Shown here: positions 46,600-59,995 of the stretch, one piece after another
How the letters are laid out: the number at the start of each line of letters is the position of its first letter
Numbering within the stretch: position 1 is the first letter of the stretch
Source: Camelus dromedarius
Lineage: Eukaryota
Reading direction: 5' to 3'
Length of the DNA stretch: 64,000 bases
NCBI RefSeq assembly: GCF_036321535.1
Contig: NC_087436.1
Span: 105,526,001-105,590,000, forward strand
The notes under the pieces: model-generated
Databases searched by the model: none
The model's input: the letters and a program-made list of their open reading frames with translations, nothing else
What the model was told of the DNA's origin: nothing
Made by a program: the position numbers and the translations under genes

Positions 46600-46920
46600 G
46601 GGGAAAGCACTGAGTTCAAATCTCACCTTTGCCACATGCAAGCTGCATGCTTTTTTTTTTTTAACCCTTTAGAGCCTCAGCTTCCTTATCTGTAAAAGGG
46701 GGTAATGATGTCTACCTTTTGGAGTTGTGATAAAGATTAATGATTTATATTCATAAAATGATGAATCATCTTTGGGCACGGAGTAGTTTCCAAAATGATG
46801 GTTGTTCATATCATCCTTTGTAAAATGAGGAAACTGAAGCTCAGAATGGGTGAGTGGATTCTCATGGCCCAGTGGTAGGTGATGGCAGTGAAACTCACTT
46901 TTCTCTAAATCCTAGGTGCC
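46600..46920. mobile_element. Two MIR SINEs tail-to-tail
   Basis: + copy ctgagttcaaatctcacctttgccac...gagcctcagcttccttatctgtaaaagggggtaat; - copy aaatgaggaaactgaagctcaga. Confidence 0.7.
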
Positions 46921-49900
46921 ATCTTGCTTCTATTAATGACACTATTGTCTCTTTATCTCCCCAATTCCCTCTTGTTAAAGGATGGTCCAGGAATCAATTC
47001 TAGTTGAGCCAGTGCCACCCTTAATCCTCTCAGTACCTCACCTATAAAGTGCAGGCACTGCCACCGGTCCCTCTGCCCATGGTGTTTGGGAGCTGATCTG
47101 AAAGGCTCAGAGCTGACAGATATGCAGTGGGGCTGTATCAGGGAGTGCTGGGTCTTTTATAATTTCTTTTCTGAGACAAGGGGAAGTAGAGCCAGAGCAT
47201 TTTCACACCTTTTAAAGAATGCTGGACCAAAATGTGGTCCATACTCTGCTGGCTTCTTACTGCTACTCAGCCCACAGGCGGAGCCCTCTGCAACTGAATC
47301 GAATTGTTATCCTATAATGAATAGCCAGTGAATCCATCATCGTATTCCACATATGACTGTCATATGTTTTAATTTGTCATTGCATATGTGAGGGTTGGTG
47401 ACATGGGCTGTCACCTGTATCCAGCATATCCCAGGCTCTTGGCAACCTGAATGGAAAGGAAGAGGCTCAGATGCCTGGGTAATTTCAGTGTTCTGTCCTG
47501 AAACAAACCAGAGTTGCATGCCCCACCTTCAGCATCTCGGCCCCAGGCAAGGTCGGATCAGCCTAGCACGGAGGAGAGAGCGAATTCACTCTAGGCAAGC
47601 AATGATTTTTAAAAATACATGCTCTCTTCAGTGAATGCGAGGGGGTTTCCTAGCCCATGTATGGCCAACTAGGAGGCAAGCCAGTCATTTCCCTTGTGTT
47701 TTCTCATCTTTATAGGCCTGACAGCGGGACACTCTTTGGAGAGTGAGAAGATGGGGAGAAGGAGGAAAAGAGAAATAAGTAACAGGAGTGAAAGAATTGA
47801 AATAGATATTCAGGCCAGCCTTCGTTATTCAAAACTTCAGTTAACCAAGACTGTCAGTGAATTTCACATACCCCCCAGCTACTGTGGTTCACATTATAAA
47901 CTCTTTCAATTACCTGAAATCTCACTTAACTTAAATTTCAGCACATCCCCTGGGGCAGTCAAATAATCAAAGTTTGCCTGTTGAAAGTAATACCAGAGAG
48001 GGGAAACCGCCCTGGTGACTCCAAGAAGGATAGATCATAAAAAAAAAAAAAAAAAAAGTCATCTTAGAGAATGGCATTAGAATCATTAGGTTACAAACTT
48101 GAAATTGCTGAAATGTTATCTAAAAATTACAGAGGCGAGCACAGATTTTTAAAAAGGCTGTGGAAATGCACAGGGAGCTGTATGGTTGGAGACGGGGGTG
48201 AGGCTATGGACAGGAAAGACTCCCACGAAGGTTAGCAGTCCTGCCAGGACTGTCGCGGGCTGGAGGACTTCAGCGAGATAAGCATCAGCGTGTGGTCAGC
48301 CCCACGTGGCACTTACCCTGCAGATGCCCACACTCGATCTGGTGAAGTTGTGAGTATACACGTATCTCCAGGTGACAGTCCAGGATGCTTACCTGGAGCA
48401 GTGATTCTGCAAGATTTTAAAGGATACAGCTGGTGAATGGACATATGCCCAGATGATGTAGGAAAGTGCTCATTTTAAGTGATAAGAATGAGGTTAAATA
48501 CAAATATCATTCTGATGATTCTGTGGGAGCTGTCCTGTGACCTCTCTATATACATCGAGTTTTTGTAACTGGACTTCTTTTTTTTCCCTAAACGTGATGC
48601 TAAAATGGGATTTACAGATGTAGGCTTAATAATAAATTGATGGCTATCTTACTAAAATATATATTATGAATATCATATATAAATAAATATATATATAATA
48701 CATTTTTTTCTGCTTCGTGTTAACTGAAATCATTTATTTCTCAAATATTTTTTGAGCACTCTGGGTCAGGAGCTGCGCTTAACTCTGGAGATGCAAAGGT
48801 GAATGAGTCAGGCTCTGGCTGCAAAGGGGCCTCCGTCTGTGGGGAGACAGGCGGGTGGGCACGTGGCTGTGAGGCTCTAAACAAGGTGCACCCTGAATGC
48901 CGTGTGGCCACCAGGAGTCAGCTCTTACTCTGCCCGGGAGTGGCAGAGGGCTTCCCAGTCGCGGGCTTGTGAGCTGGGTCCAGGGGAGGACAAGAAAGGA
49001 GAGAGGTGATGGAGAGTGAGCATGCGGTAGCAATAGGTGGCACCTGATAGACACGACACATGGCGAGTAGGAAGAGCCAGGGAGGTGGACTGCAGCCAGA
49101 TATTGAAAGGCTCTTGTTTGCCACTCTTCTTAAAGGCGACATTTTTAAAGAAGAGTGGCAGGACCTGATTTATGATTTTTCAAAGGACCTGGTACCTGGA
49201 CTAGACCTGGTGGCCACGTTGGTCCCAGCTCGAGATTACGGGGCAGTGCAAAGGAGGGGTTCCAGGAATGGAGGGAGCAGCTTATTTGAGGTTAGAGAGG
49301 TTTTGCTGATTGTTGGAAACTGTTTACCTGGTGCTGCCGATTGGATGGGGATGAGGTATTCCTGGGTGGAGGAGGGAGGGGAGGGGAGGAAGAGAGCAGT
49401 AACAGAGTAGAAAGTAGAGGGGGACCTGGGGAGGAAATAGTTCTAAGAAAGAGTGAGTATGGTGTGGAGAAGTTTCTAAATTATTCCTGAACTTGAACTC
49501 TTCAGCCACATGTGTTTATCTTCGTCTGAGAAGCCTTTTTGGATTAGCAAACCTTGTTCTTGCAGCAGCTAATAAAGTCTAGCCTGATCCCATCAGTAAA
49601 AGTCACTGTCGTTGTTTGACAGAGAGGGTCCCTTAGCGGAGAGGTCCCCTCCCTGACACCCTGGCTACCTTCATCTCTCTCTGCAGTTATCTGGTTGTAA
49701 AGCCATCCAAATAGTAATGTGGTATGTCAGATAGTCATTTAACTATTATGATCTTCCTTGTAGCAATTATGACTTGCTTTATTGCAGATAATAGTGAATG
49801 GGTAGATAAAAGCCACTCAGTGGTGAAAACGGTAGGTTTGAGTTCTTAAGGTGAGAAACCCAAGGCCACCTTCATGGTGTTGGTGTGTGGGCATGAATTA

Positions 49901-50309
49901 ACATCAACAAATGAGCTATGAGCTCTGCTTTAAAAAGTATAATTGAAATGCAGTTCAAAAGAAATCTATTTTTGAGAAAATAATGAAAGCATTTCATGGT
50001 ATCTAGTATACATGCCAGAAACTGGGCATATTTTACCAAGTTTATCCGTCCATGTTTCACTGATTACCCAGTACACCTGGTGTGTGGTTTCTCCTTTCTC
50101 CATTTGGTAGGTGTCTGTGCCGCACTGCGGCCACGTAAACTTCACCACTGTATATGTGCTTCTGCGTATGATTAGTGGAGGCTCAGAGGTTAGTTCAAAT
50201 AAAAGGAATTGTTATTAAATACCCCCCCCCTTATTCATGAAGCATTAGAAGGGGAACCTTAGCAAGGTTGAGAAATAAGCTCAGTAGAATGGACCTACCT
50301 GGGCTCACG

Positions 50310-50736
50310 TGGTGAACATTTGCTGTTTCTCACTTCCCAGTGTTCATTTCTCTTTCTCAACAGCACCCCAATTTGGAGGGTATTACCACTGGGTGTAATC
50401 TGGAGGGACAGGTTGGAGGGATACAGTCCGGGTGTCCTGTACGCCCCCCGGCAAAGCATGGCACACAATCAGCCTTAGGCCAGTTGGCGACACACTTGAG
50501 CAGGGAGACAGAGCCTGAAACATAACAGAGTTCACTTTTACCGGGTTCAGTAGCCTCTGACTCAACTTTTTTGCACTGAGATCTGGTAATTCCTGGTCCT
50601 GCCTCCAGACTTGCTGCCAACCTGTTTCCAAGTTTACTTCTCTGTCTTCCTGCCAATTCTATGATTTCCAGTTTCTTTCCAACAGATTCCTTTGTCAGTT
50701 ACTGTTGCCTACAACCAAAGGATCCTAACCAGATAT
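50310..50736 (+). mobile_element. LTR16/old ERVL-MaLR-like LTR
   Basis: Starts gtggtgaacatttgctgtttc; ends gttactgttgcctacaaccaaaggatcctaaccagata. Confidence 0.5.
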
Positions 50737-52391
50737 ATGCAGAGAGCAGTATGGCTGTACTGGTTATTACCTTCATGATGAAGGATAAATTGACCTCTTA
50801 GAGCAGTAGTGTCCTCATCTCTAAAATGGGCTAATCAAACAACCTATTTCACAGGGTAAAATGAGATCTTTCAAGTAGAGCACTTTGCACAATTTGGAAA
50901 TAGTAATTAATGTTCACTAAACAGTGGCTGCCACACTTACCCTTATAATCAAATAAAGGTCTTCTCATTATTGTTACTCCTAACAGTGCCTGGCACATAG
51001 CAGACATTCAAAAAATACTAATTTGTTTCCTCCTTTCCTGAAAACAAAACCTCTTTTTACAGGGTAGGGAGGAGAGCAAATGTCCCTGGTCCCTATACTA
51101 CACACAAACTTGACAAACAGAATTACACCTTGACTGAAGGGCAAAAATAGAGGGGCCTAAGGAGAATCCAGTGTGTGTCCCTTGGCCCCACCCGAGTGGC
51201 CAGAAAGTGGGGTGTTTGCCTGTGCCCTGCTCAGCTCAGCCCTCTGCAGTGGGGTCGGGCGATCACGTGACCCGCTCACCCACTCCTGTGATTCTGATAC
51301 CAGCTGCGGAGGCTGAGGCCAGACCCATGTGTGCCTCTGGTTGCCTGGGTAGCACCCTGCCTGTCAAGAGTGCATTCGACAAGGTGATAACAGACCCCAC
51401 GTTAAGAAACAGCAAAGCCAGTGTGTTCTTTGTAGGCCTGATTTTGGAGCCTAAGTCACATCTGAGGGCCTGAGTCACAACTTAGACAATGATGAGTTCA
51501 AAGGCACTTTGGAAAATAAGGTAACTCAGCTCAACTGTGGAGTTGAGCTGGTGAAGACCCCAGTCATCCGACACGTGGCTAGCCAGAGCTTTTGGGGACG
51601 TGGAGCTGGCTGGCCACTGAACAGGACTGTAGGTGGCCTCTCTAACCTCAGCCATGCCCTGTGGAGTAAGACTGAAAAGTCCCCAGGGGGGCCGCCTGTT
51701 TTCCAAATAGGGTCTCAAAATACTGTGAATGAAGATGCGTTGCTTTCAGGTACACAGTTATCTCTGAGAGTGTCTTGTTAAAAATATGGTTGAACCCAAG
51801 AGAAGTAATTTGTGGAATTGCTAATAATTTGTTTGTTACCAATATAGACTACTAACAAGAGCCTGGAATTTGTCGTTAGAGCCCTAGTTTGAGCTGGTAG
51901 TTGTTAGTTACGTGATGCTGGGAAAGACAATTAATCTCACCCGTCTTGTCTGTAAACTGGGGAAGACTGTTTTTGTCCCACATGCCATAGTGTCACCTAT
52001 CGAATGAGAGAGTCTCTGGGAAAATGTTCTGTAAGTTTTAAATGCTGTCAAACGAATGCCTTTAATTTTAAGAAAGTTTACAAAGCCAAATTTTAACATA
52101 GTACCTTTCATTTCAAGCTCACAGTAATCTCAGTGAGGTGAGCAGGGCAAGTGTTAATTAATCTGAGTGATGCCTCAATCCCAAAGAACTGGTTAATTAT
52201 TTCTGTTACATAATGGCCTTTATTCGGGCACCTTTTATACCCATGCATGTCTCAAAACTCATTTCAAGCATCACCTCTTCTGTGCAACTTTCCTTTCCTG
52301 CCCAGCACCCACCCCCCAGCCCCACTCTTGCCTCTCACTAAAATATCTATTCAATGAATGAATAAATGTGCAGAGTGGCTTATTATAGAAG

Positions 52392-52656
52392 AACAGTTTC
52401 AAACTTTTAAAATGGCAATCCACAATAAATGTGTGAAAACGGGCACATATGTGTGTTTATTCCTACACACATATTCAAAAAGAGAAGTTTCATGAAACCA
52501 CACTTACTTTCATTGCATGGGATTCATGCTGGTTTCTGTTCTGTTCTGTTCTGTTTTTTTTGTTTGTTTGTTTGTTTTAAGAAAATGAGGGTTGCAATTG
52601 AATTGATTTCACTCCCCAGGCTAATGTATCGTGACCCACAACTTGGAAGACATCAT
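52392..52656. mobile_element. hAT-Charlie MITE relic (family uncertain)
   Basis: Ends gtttcaaactttt... and aattgatttcactccccaggctaatgtatcgtgacccacaacttggaagacatc, typical of Charlie-type termini. Confidence 0.5.
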
Positions 52657-52994
52657 TATGGAAGATGCTGACCCCTGGGAACCTTGTTCTTTGCAACTGG
52701 GCAGGTCACTTGGGTTATCTGGAAGTTTTGTCCCTGCTCCAGCATTCATGCTAATTCTCAAGAATGAAGACGTTACAAGGCTAGGGGAATAGGCACTAAT
52801 GTAAGCATTATGGCAGCTTGCACATTGATTGTATGTAACATGCTTTTAGTGTTTTTCTGGCATACACAAAGAAGTCAAAAATCTAATACATTCTTAGGTT
52901 CTGGACAATTACCGTTTGAGAAAGATTTGATTTTAGTCACACATGTGTCCAAGAGACTATGTAGAGATTTGCAAGGGTGATTTTCAAATAAAAA

Positions 52995-53295
52995 TCAAGT
53001 TCCCTATTCAAAATCCTCAGGCTCCAGATGTGTTTCGGATGCAGGAGTCTTCGGCATCTGAAAGGAAATGCAGTAAGAGTACGGTGTATTCTGTACCGTC
53101 CCCCGTAGAGTTGTGGGCAGCAGCTGGTAATCAAACACATTGATTTGTCTTCAGCAAATGCATGAATATTCACAGTCTGTGGCACAAAGACTGGTAAAAA
53201 TCCTCATCTCACCTGAGGTCACTAACGAGATGTGAACGCATTTTTAATTTTCAAAACTTTTAGGGTTTCAGAAAAACCCATAAGGAATTGTGGAA
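52995..53295 (+). mobile_element. MER46C (TcMar-Tigger MITE)
   Basis: ccagatgtgtttcggat...gggcagcagctggtaatcaaacacatt...catgaatattcaca...cataaggaattgtgga matches the MER46C consensus as recalled. Confidence 0.75.
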
Positions 53296-54154
53296 ATAAC
53301 GTTTTTGTTATCCAGATATCGTGTTTTCCATTTCAGAATCCCTAGGACCATTTATCTGTTTAGGAGACCAAATGCTTGGCTCAGTGCCTAACACACGGAG
53401 GGCACCCAGAAAATATTTGTTGAATGAATGATCGAGATCGACTACAGCTTATAGAAAACTCTTGTTACGACCAAGCTGCTTTTGCAAAAACAGCCTCTAG
53501 TTTTACCCCATTTCTTTTAAGTGGATGGAAAGCTTATTGCCTCTACTTGTCCCTTACGAGGAGTAGAGGGGAGATGCTTGTGGATTCTTTGGTTTCTTTC
53601 CTTCTTCCTTCAGGCCTTGCTCTGAGAAAAGAAGAGGCAGATCCACTAGTTTTAGAAGACGATGGTTAAAGAAATTCTAGGTATAAAAAGTAGACAAATT
53701 CAAAATTCCCCTTTCTTAGCTTCCTTATGCTGAAAATACCAACTGGATGTAGTAACTGAGTCCAGGAATATTCTGATTTTTTTTCTCACAGAAGGCTTCA
53801 TTTGTCAGGAATTGGGGTTCCAAGGCTTGGCTGTACCAAACTCTGTGTTCAAATTCTGGCTCTGCCAAACCCTTGGCATGTTATATATAAACTCTTCAAT
53901 TTAAGCGTCATTTTCTCATGTAGAAAATGTCCATGATAATAACACAGTAACCTCCTTGTGTTGCTGTGAGGATTAAAGGAGCTCATAGATGGAAAGCATT
54001 TGCCACTCACCTTTGGTTTTTGTTGTTGTTACTAGTAATAATAATGGTGATGATGTTAATCTTCTTCATCATGGTGGCAACTGAGCAGAAGCACAGAGCA
54101 GGGGCAGATATGGTCTCCACCAGTGTCCCTATCCTCACATTCTTTGCTATGGAT

Positions 54155-54599
54155 TGTATTAGTCAGGATAGGCTAAGTTATGCTCTGGTAACAAACACCC
54201 CATAAGTCTTTGTACCTTACCAAAGGTACCTTTGCACCTGTACAAAATTTTATTTCTGAGTCATGCAAATTTCTGTGGATCCAAATGACTCTTCAGGGCA
54301 ACTGTCTATCATGTCAACTCTACACTCTGGGCTGTTTTGTTCTTACTGCACCTCCAGAGCAACACATGCCTCCCCAGATGTTACAGTAGGAAAGGAGAAA
54401 GCTTGGCAATTCATACCTTGACTCCTAGGAGCTTCTATCCCAGAAGTGACTCACATCCCTTCCAGTCCCCTTTTACTGGATAATGCAAGTCACATGGCTC
54501 TGCCTTACTCCAAAGCAATGGGGAGGGATAGTCCTACCAAGTGCCTGGAAGGAAAGGAGACCTGGAAATACTGAGGAGAGGCACTAATGTTGACCACAC
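54155..54599 (-). mobile_element. MLT1J-type LTR
   Basis: tgtattagtcaggataggctaagttatgctctggtaacaaacacccc...gcaagtcacatggc...gcactaatgttgaccaca. Confidence 0.8.
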
Positions 54600-57500
54600 A
54601 GACATCTAGCCTTTTCTCACTCTGTTGTAAATTGTCATTGCAAACACAGCCTCAGCCCCAGCCCCCTTTCCAACCAGGTGGCTGTCCTGAAGCCATCGCT
54701 GTCTGGAGATTCTGAACTGCCACTGCTGCAGGTGACCTTTAAAAATCATTGAGCCGGCTCTACCCTAGACCAGGCAGAGGAAGCAATTTCTGGGTGCTCG
54801 AAGTGACTCATACCTCCCTCACTGGAGCCCCTCCCCCTAGCGTTTTCCCCGGCACCCAGCATCCCAGTGATATTGGATGGGATGTTAAAATCGTGGTTTC
54901 CTCAAGCTGGAGGGCACCCCGGGAACCCACTCATTTTCCAAGTGTGTAATCTGAGGTCCAGGCAGTGTTTTGTTCCTTGCATCCCGTGGCTTTCCCAGGG
55001 TTCCGCCCGTTCATGATGAGCCCATGGCTAGCCCTGCATCTGGACGGAGGCCTCCTGACTCTGCTTGGTGATTTTCTGCCGCGCCTACTCCATCGTCTGC
55101 ACTTATTCATCCTCCTCTAGAAGCAGAAACACCCCAAGCACAGTCACTTGGCTTGTCTCACTTTCTGTTCTATTTCTGCTCCCTCCTAAGGCTGAGGCTG
55201 GTCCAGGCACTCGCTGGTTGTTCAGAGCTGCCAATGGAGGAGGCTCTTCAGCACCTTTTTCTTTCCTTCGAGTTTTTTTTTGTTGTTGTTTGTTACCAAT
55301 TGGAGGGATAGGAAATGGGACAGTTGAACAGTTGCCACCACAGGGACTTAACTACCACTATTTTAGAATAAGAACAAGAAATTCCATCCTGTTCCCCAGT
55401 TACACACACGCACACCTCCCAGAGTTTCCTACTGATATTTTAATGAGACTGCGTATGTAGGATCTTTAGCCAGATGGTAAAATATAGTCGGTGCTTGTAC
55501 ATGTTCAGAACCCCTCCTGCTACAAGAAGTGGCACAGACAACCCTGGACTGGCTCTGAGACTGAGCCCGGCCCTGAACCTCTAGGCTGCCACTGGCCTTT
55601 CAGTCCCTCCAGATTATTTTAGTTGTTTCTAACTTTTAAGACTCTTTGAAGCTGGAGGCCTCCAGAGCCTGGGTTTTCAAAGTATAGATGGGGTAAGAAT
55701 GAGCTCTGCCCTGTGCTAACAGTGCAGATTTCGGAGCCAGCCACCAGAGACTGATGGTTCAGGCAGTGTGTGGGCTAGGGGTGAGCAGTCTGAGCTGGGG
55801 CCCAAGAATCTGCATTTTCACAAACAAGCAGGGTGCTTTCCAGGGTGATGTAGAGCAGGGTTCCTGGTTGATGCTGCCACACCAGAGTGGCAGGACCGTA
55901 TAGGAGGTGTCCCGCCTTTAGCCAGAACAGCACCACTTTGAGCTGTTTTATAAATGAGGTTTTAGCCTAAGGTGTGTTCCACTGATAAAAATAAATGACA
56001 TGGAATAACGCATTTGAAATTCCCTGTTCTAGGCCGTAGTAAGCAGAAGAAAGAACAGCCCAGCAGTGACTCTCTGAAGACCACCCTTTTTTTGGTGTAG
56101 CTTCATCTTCTTTACAGAATGAGTTTCTTATCCTTTGAGGCAGCTTCTCGTTGTCCCGTTTTCCATGCCCCAAGGAGAGCCGAACAGCAACATTTCTCTT
56201 CCCCAAAACCTGGGTCCCTGGGTCTTAGCAGAGTCTTCTCTGCCTGTTTTCTACCAGGAATCTTAGACCCAGAGGGAATGGAGGCCCATTACTGACCTTT
56301 TCACAGCTTCCAAGGCCCTATTTGGACCTGCTATCAGAGAAAAATGGGTTCTCTCTTGGACCCTAACAGATTGCAGTTCAAGGTCAGGGATTCCACTCTG
56401 CCAGTACGTGGTGGCTCTTACCTGTCCCCTTCTAGTAGACTGGATGTGACTCTGATCTTGCCGGCCCCACGTTACAACATCTCCACATGACTGCAATTTT
56501 CTTCCCCGAAGTCAGAAGACACGGAATATCTTTGGGGCCTCAGATTTCGATCTGATAAATTGAAGGGACAAAAGTGGCCGTCTTTGCGCCACCCATACCA
56601 ATAGCCCTGCTGACCGAGGTGGATCATGGGCAAAGACCTGAAGGTACAAGGGCAGATCTGTTAAACTGTGTGTAAATGGCATTTTTTCCTGTGAAGTCTC
56701 AATACCTCCCTTAGGACATTGCAGTTCAGATTTTTGAGCTACTCTCCTCTGATATTTACTCATTGGGGATTTTACTCTTGAGAAATCACTGTGGCAACAG
56801 AACCGTTTTCCTCCACGAAGACTGTGTCAAAGTCTTAAAATCCAGGACGTTTTAAGGCAAGATTCCAACCTCATTACTGCCAGAAATAAGATTCATGCAA
56901 GGTGGAAGTGTCCTCTCTTAGAACTCAAATCTGTCTCAGAATGGCTTTTTCTTTCTCCTTTGTTTTTGAAGCTAAGCAATTACTTTTTTTTTAAGAAAAA
57001 AAAATTGTGCTAATGCACAAAACTCTCTTTTTTCCCCTTTCATTTATTTAAAATTGAACTTAACAAAGTCAGTTCCAAGCAAGCACTATATATGAGTAAT
57101 GCTTTTTGTCCATAAAAGAGCATTGACTCGAATGGTATGGGAGTGCTGATCCTGTCTCTGCTTTGTGTGAGCGTCCATAATGACAAAGTGCTCATGTCAG
57201 AGTGGATAATGAAACTATAAATTGTTTTCATGAATGCTCTGAATTTGGTCTTTTACGGGGCAAATTCAAAAGGTATTTAGTGCCACATTTCACATATGTG
57301 AATAACACCAGACGGTGCAATAGAGCCAATAAAAGTACAGAGTCCCAGTCGGGCTCACGCTGACCCACGTGATGGGTGATTGTCAGGGGAGGGTGGGTCA
57401 CATTGGGGGCAGGGGCGGTGGGAAGAAGGAGGGACAAAGATATCCTGTTGACTCTGAGGAAGAGTTCCAGCAAGGTACACCTGACTTTGGGGGGATAATT

Positions 57501-58277
57501 CAGAGTGCGGCTAAAATACTTAGCTCAGAAAATTGGTCTCTGGTGGTGGGTGTCTTCACTGGAATCACAGAAGATGTACACATCTTGACCGAGTTTAGTG
57601 GATAAAAATTCTCAAGTGAGAAAATGTCTGCTGGGTTGCATGGGCAGGTGCAATCTATAGCAGTGATTTATGGCTCAATTAAATTATTTTTTATTATATG
57701 GTTGGTATTTTTTTTAATTATAGAAGCCACCATAGGCTTATTCTAAAAAATTTAGAAAACACTGACAAGTATAAAACATTAAAAAAAATGCAAATAATTT
57801 TGCTACCAAGAGGTAACTGTTAGTAATATACAAAATGTTTATTAAATCTTTCTGCATCATATCGTTTGATAAAAATTTAACAGAATTTTATGTAATCTTA
57901 TCTGGATGTATAGATCCCTTTTTAAACAAAATTTGGGGTCTATCAATTTATTTCTTTATCTCTGTAATTGTTTAAAAGGATTCTGCTTTTTAACTTATTC
58001 ATCAGTTAAGGTATTTTCCCTTTCCCAGTTGGCCAAAGTTCATGAACATCCAAGGTCTTGGTTCTGTCATGAGATGAATATACCAGATACTGTAGCAGCC
58101 TTTGGGCTCATATGTCATTGACTGACAAATGTCTCTGGGTATATGACCTCTGAAAATGAAAAAGGCAATAAAATGAAACAAAACCAGCCCCGCTGGCTGT
58201 GTGAACTCCAGCGCGTGTGAAACAGAGGGGACCTGTTGACGTTTCTGAGCCGTAGTGTGCCTCTGTTTGTCCTGCAG

Positions 58278-58439
58278 TACCTGGTGTGCAAAAGGAAGCT
58301 GGAGAGTAAGAAGGAAGCCCTGCTGATCCTCTCCAAGGAGCTGGACACATGCCAGCAGGAAAGGGACCAGTACAAGCTCATGGCCAATCAGCTTCGGGAG
58401 CGCCACCAGTCCCTGAAGAAGAAGTACCGCGAGCTGATC
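58278..58439 (+). CDS. CCDC149: CCDC149 coding exon 2 (YLVCKRKLESKKEALLILSKELDTCQQERDQYKLMANQLRERHQSLKKKYRELI), coiled coil
   Basis: Acceptor ctctgtttgtcctgcag|TAC, donor ATC|gtatgt, 162 nt, phase 0-0. Heptad-like K/E/L/Q-rich peptide; MANQLRERHQSLKKKYRELI is the recognisable CCDC149 sequence. Confidence 0.95.
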
Positions 58440-58724
58440 GTATGTACGATGTCATGGTGACGCCCCTGTTCCCTCCTCCAGATAGAAGGAGGAGCCTTGT
58501 TCACGCGGCTTCTTCAAAAGAAGATTGGTTTAGAACAGTTCCAAAGCGGAAAAATTAAGAAGTGAAAATCCTCACCCTTGTTTCCTCCAGAGTCCAACCC
58601 ACTCCCTAGTTGATAGGCTGCTTGCTCTGGTGCCTGTGAACATACACACGTATCCGGATGTGTTTGTATGCCTGTTGACTTGTTAATTAATTATACGGAG
58701 TTTTTAGAGAGGATTTGTATTCTA

Positions 58725-58960
58725 AATCCGCACTAGTACAGAAGCCACTAGCTGCATGCGGTTATTTAAATTTCATTTTAAATTAGTAAGAATTAAATAA
58801 AACTGAACACTCAGTCTCACTTATTCACTCAGTCGCCATAGATGGCTGGTGGCAACCGTCTGGGGTTGTGTTGATAACAGAACATTTCCGTGGCGGCTGC
58901 TATGTTGGACAGTTAGTTTAGGACATTCCCCTCATTGCAGAGAGTTCTATTGGACAGCAT
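58725..58960. mobile_element. MER3-like hAT-Charlie MITE
   Basis: agccactagctgcatgcggttatttaaattt...gatggctggtggcaacc...agaacatttcc...cattgcagagagttctattggacagca. Confidence 0.75.
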
Positions 58961-59563
58961 TATATAAATGTTGTTCTACAACTTGCTCTTTTCACTCAGC
59001 ACTTTGTTTTGGACATCTCCCTAGGCCGTACATAGAGATTTAACTCAATTTAAAAAGCAGTTGCATAGTAATATTTCCGTAATTTTTAAACCTTTCCCCT
59101 TCCTGGGCAATTCGATTTTCTCTAGTTTTCAGATGGCAAGATCTTTAAGGATGCAAATTATACTGGAGGATCCCAACTGCCTGGTGCTATTTTGCGTCCT
59201 TGCTTCTTTTTTCCTCACGGATGCTGCCTCTTGTTTAAGTGCTGACACTACTGCTTACGTTTAACTGTCTGTGCTGGGGTCACTGAACTGTCCTGGAATA
59301 GAAATCCAGTAGAAGATTCCTCAGGTTAAAATCGTGCTGACATACGTAAACGCCGTCAGATAGAGGAGCGCTCAGTTTCTGAGCGTTTATCATCCACCTG
59401 AGGTATTTATGTACTCCCAGGTGACACACGATGGAGAGGAACTGAATCTTTTTAAGACAAAAACTCGGATAGGACTAGCAGCTCCCAGTTAATTTTCCTT
59501 AATTTTGAGCATATCTTATCCCTACCCCATCCCCAAATTGTTCTGCACATAGAGAAACCTCAA

Positions 59564-59995
59564 GTGTGTGTGTGTGCGTTTGTGTGTGGGTGTGTGTCTG
59601 CTTGTGTGTGTGTGGGGGGGTGTATTTGTGTATGTGGGTGTGTGTGTTTGTGGGTGTGTGTCTGCTTGTATGTGGGTGTATGTGTGTTTGTGTGTGTGTG
59701 TAGGGGTGTGTCTGCTTGTCTGTGGGTGTGTGTGTTTGTGTGGGGGGGTTGTGTGTGTGTGGGTGTATCTGCTCGTGTGTGGGTGTGTGTACGCTTGTGT
59801 GTGGGTGTGTGCTTGTGTGTGTGTGTGTGTGGGTGTGTGTGGGGGGTGTGTCTGCTTGTATGTGGGTGTATGTGTGTTTGTGTGTGTGGGTGTGTGTTTG
59901 TGTGGGGGGGCATGTGTGTGGAGGTGTGTGAGTTTGTGTGTGGGGGTGTGTCTGCTTGTGTGTGGGTAGGTGTACGCTTGTGTGTGGGGGTGTGT
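59564..59995 (+). repeat. Complex (GT)-rich minisatellite, ~430 bp, with a recurring (ct)gcttgt anchor
   Basis: Direct reading: GT runs interrupted by GGG tracts and about 9 gcttgt/gctcgt motifs. Confidence 0.95.

Noticed and set aside
49060..49410. 116-aa ORF starting at ATG
   Set aside because: Lies in purine-rich decayed L2-like sequence; no recognisable homology.
51489..51550. ATGATGA followed by a perfect 10-bp hairpin cagctcaact-gtgg-agttgagctg, as a possible C/D snoRNA or miRNA
   Set aside because: No suitably placed CTGA D-box or terminal stem; the stem is too short for a pre-miRNA; about one such hairpin is expected by chance.
58002..58406. 134-aa antisense ORF over exon 2
   Set aside because: Shadow ORF of the coding exon's codon bias; no independent support.
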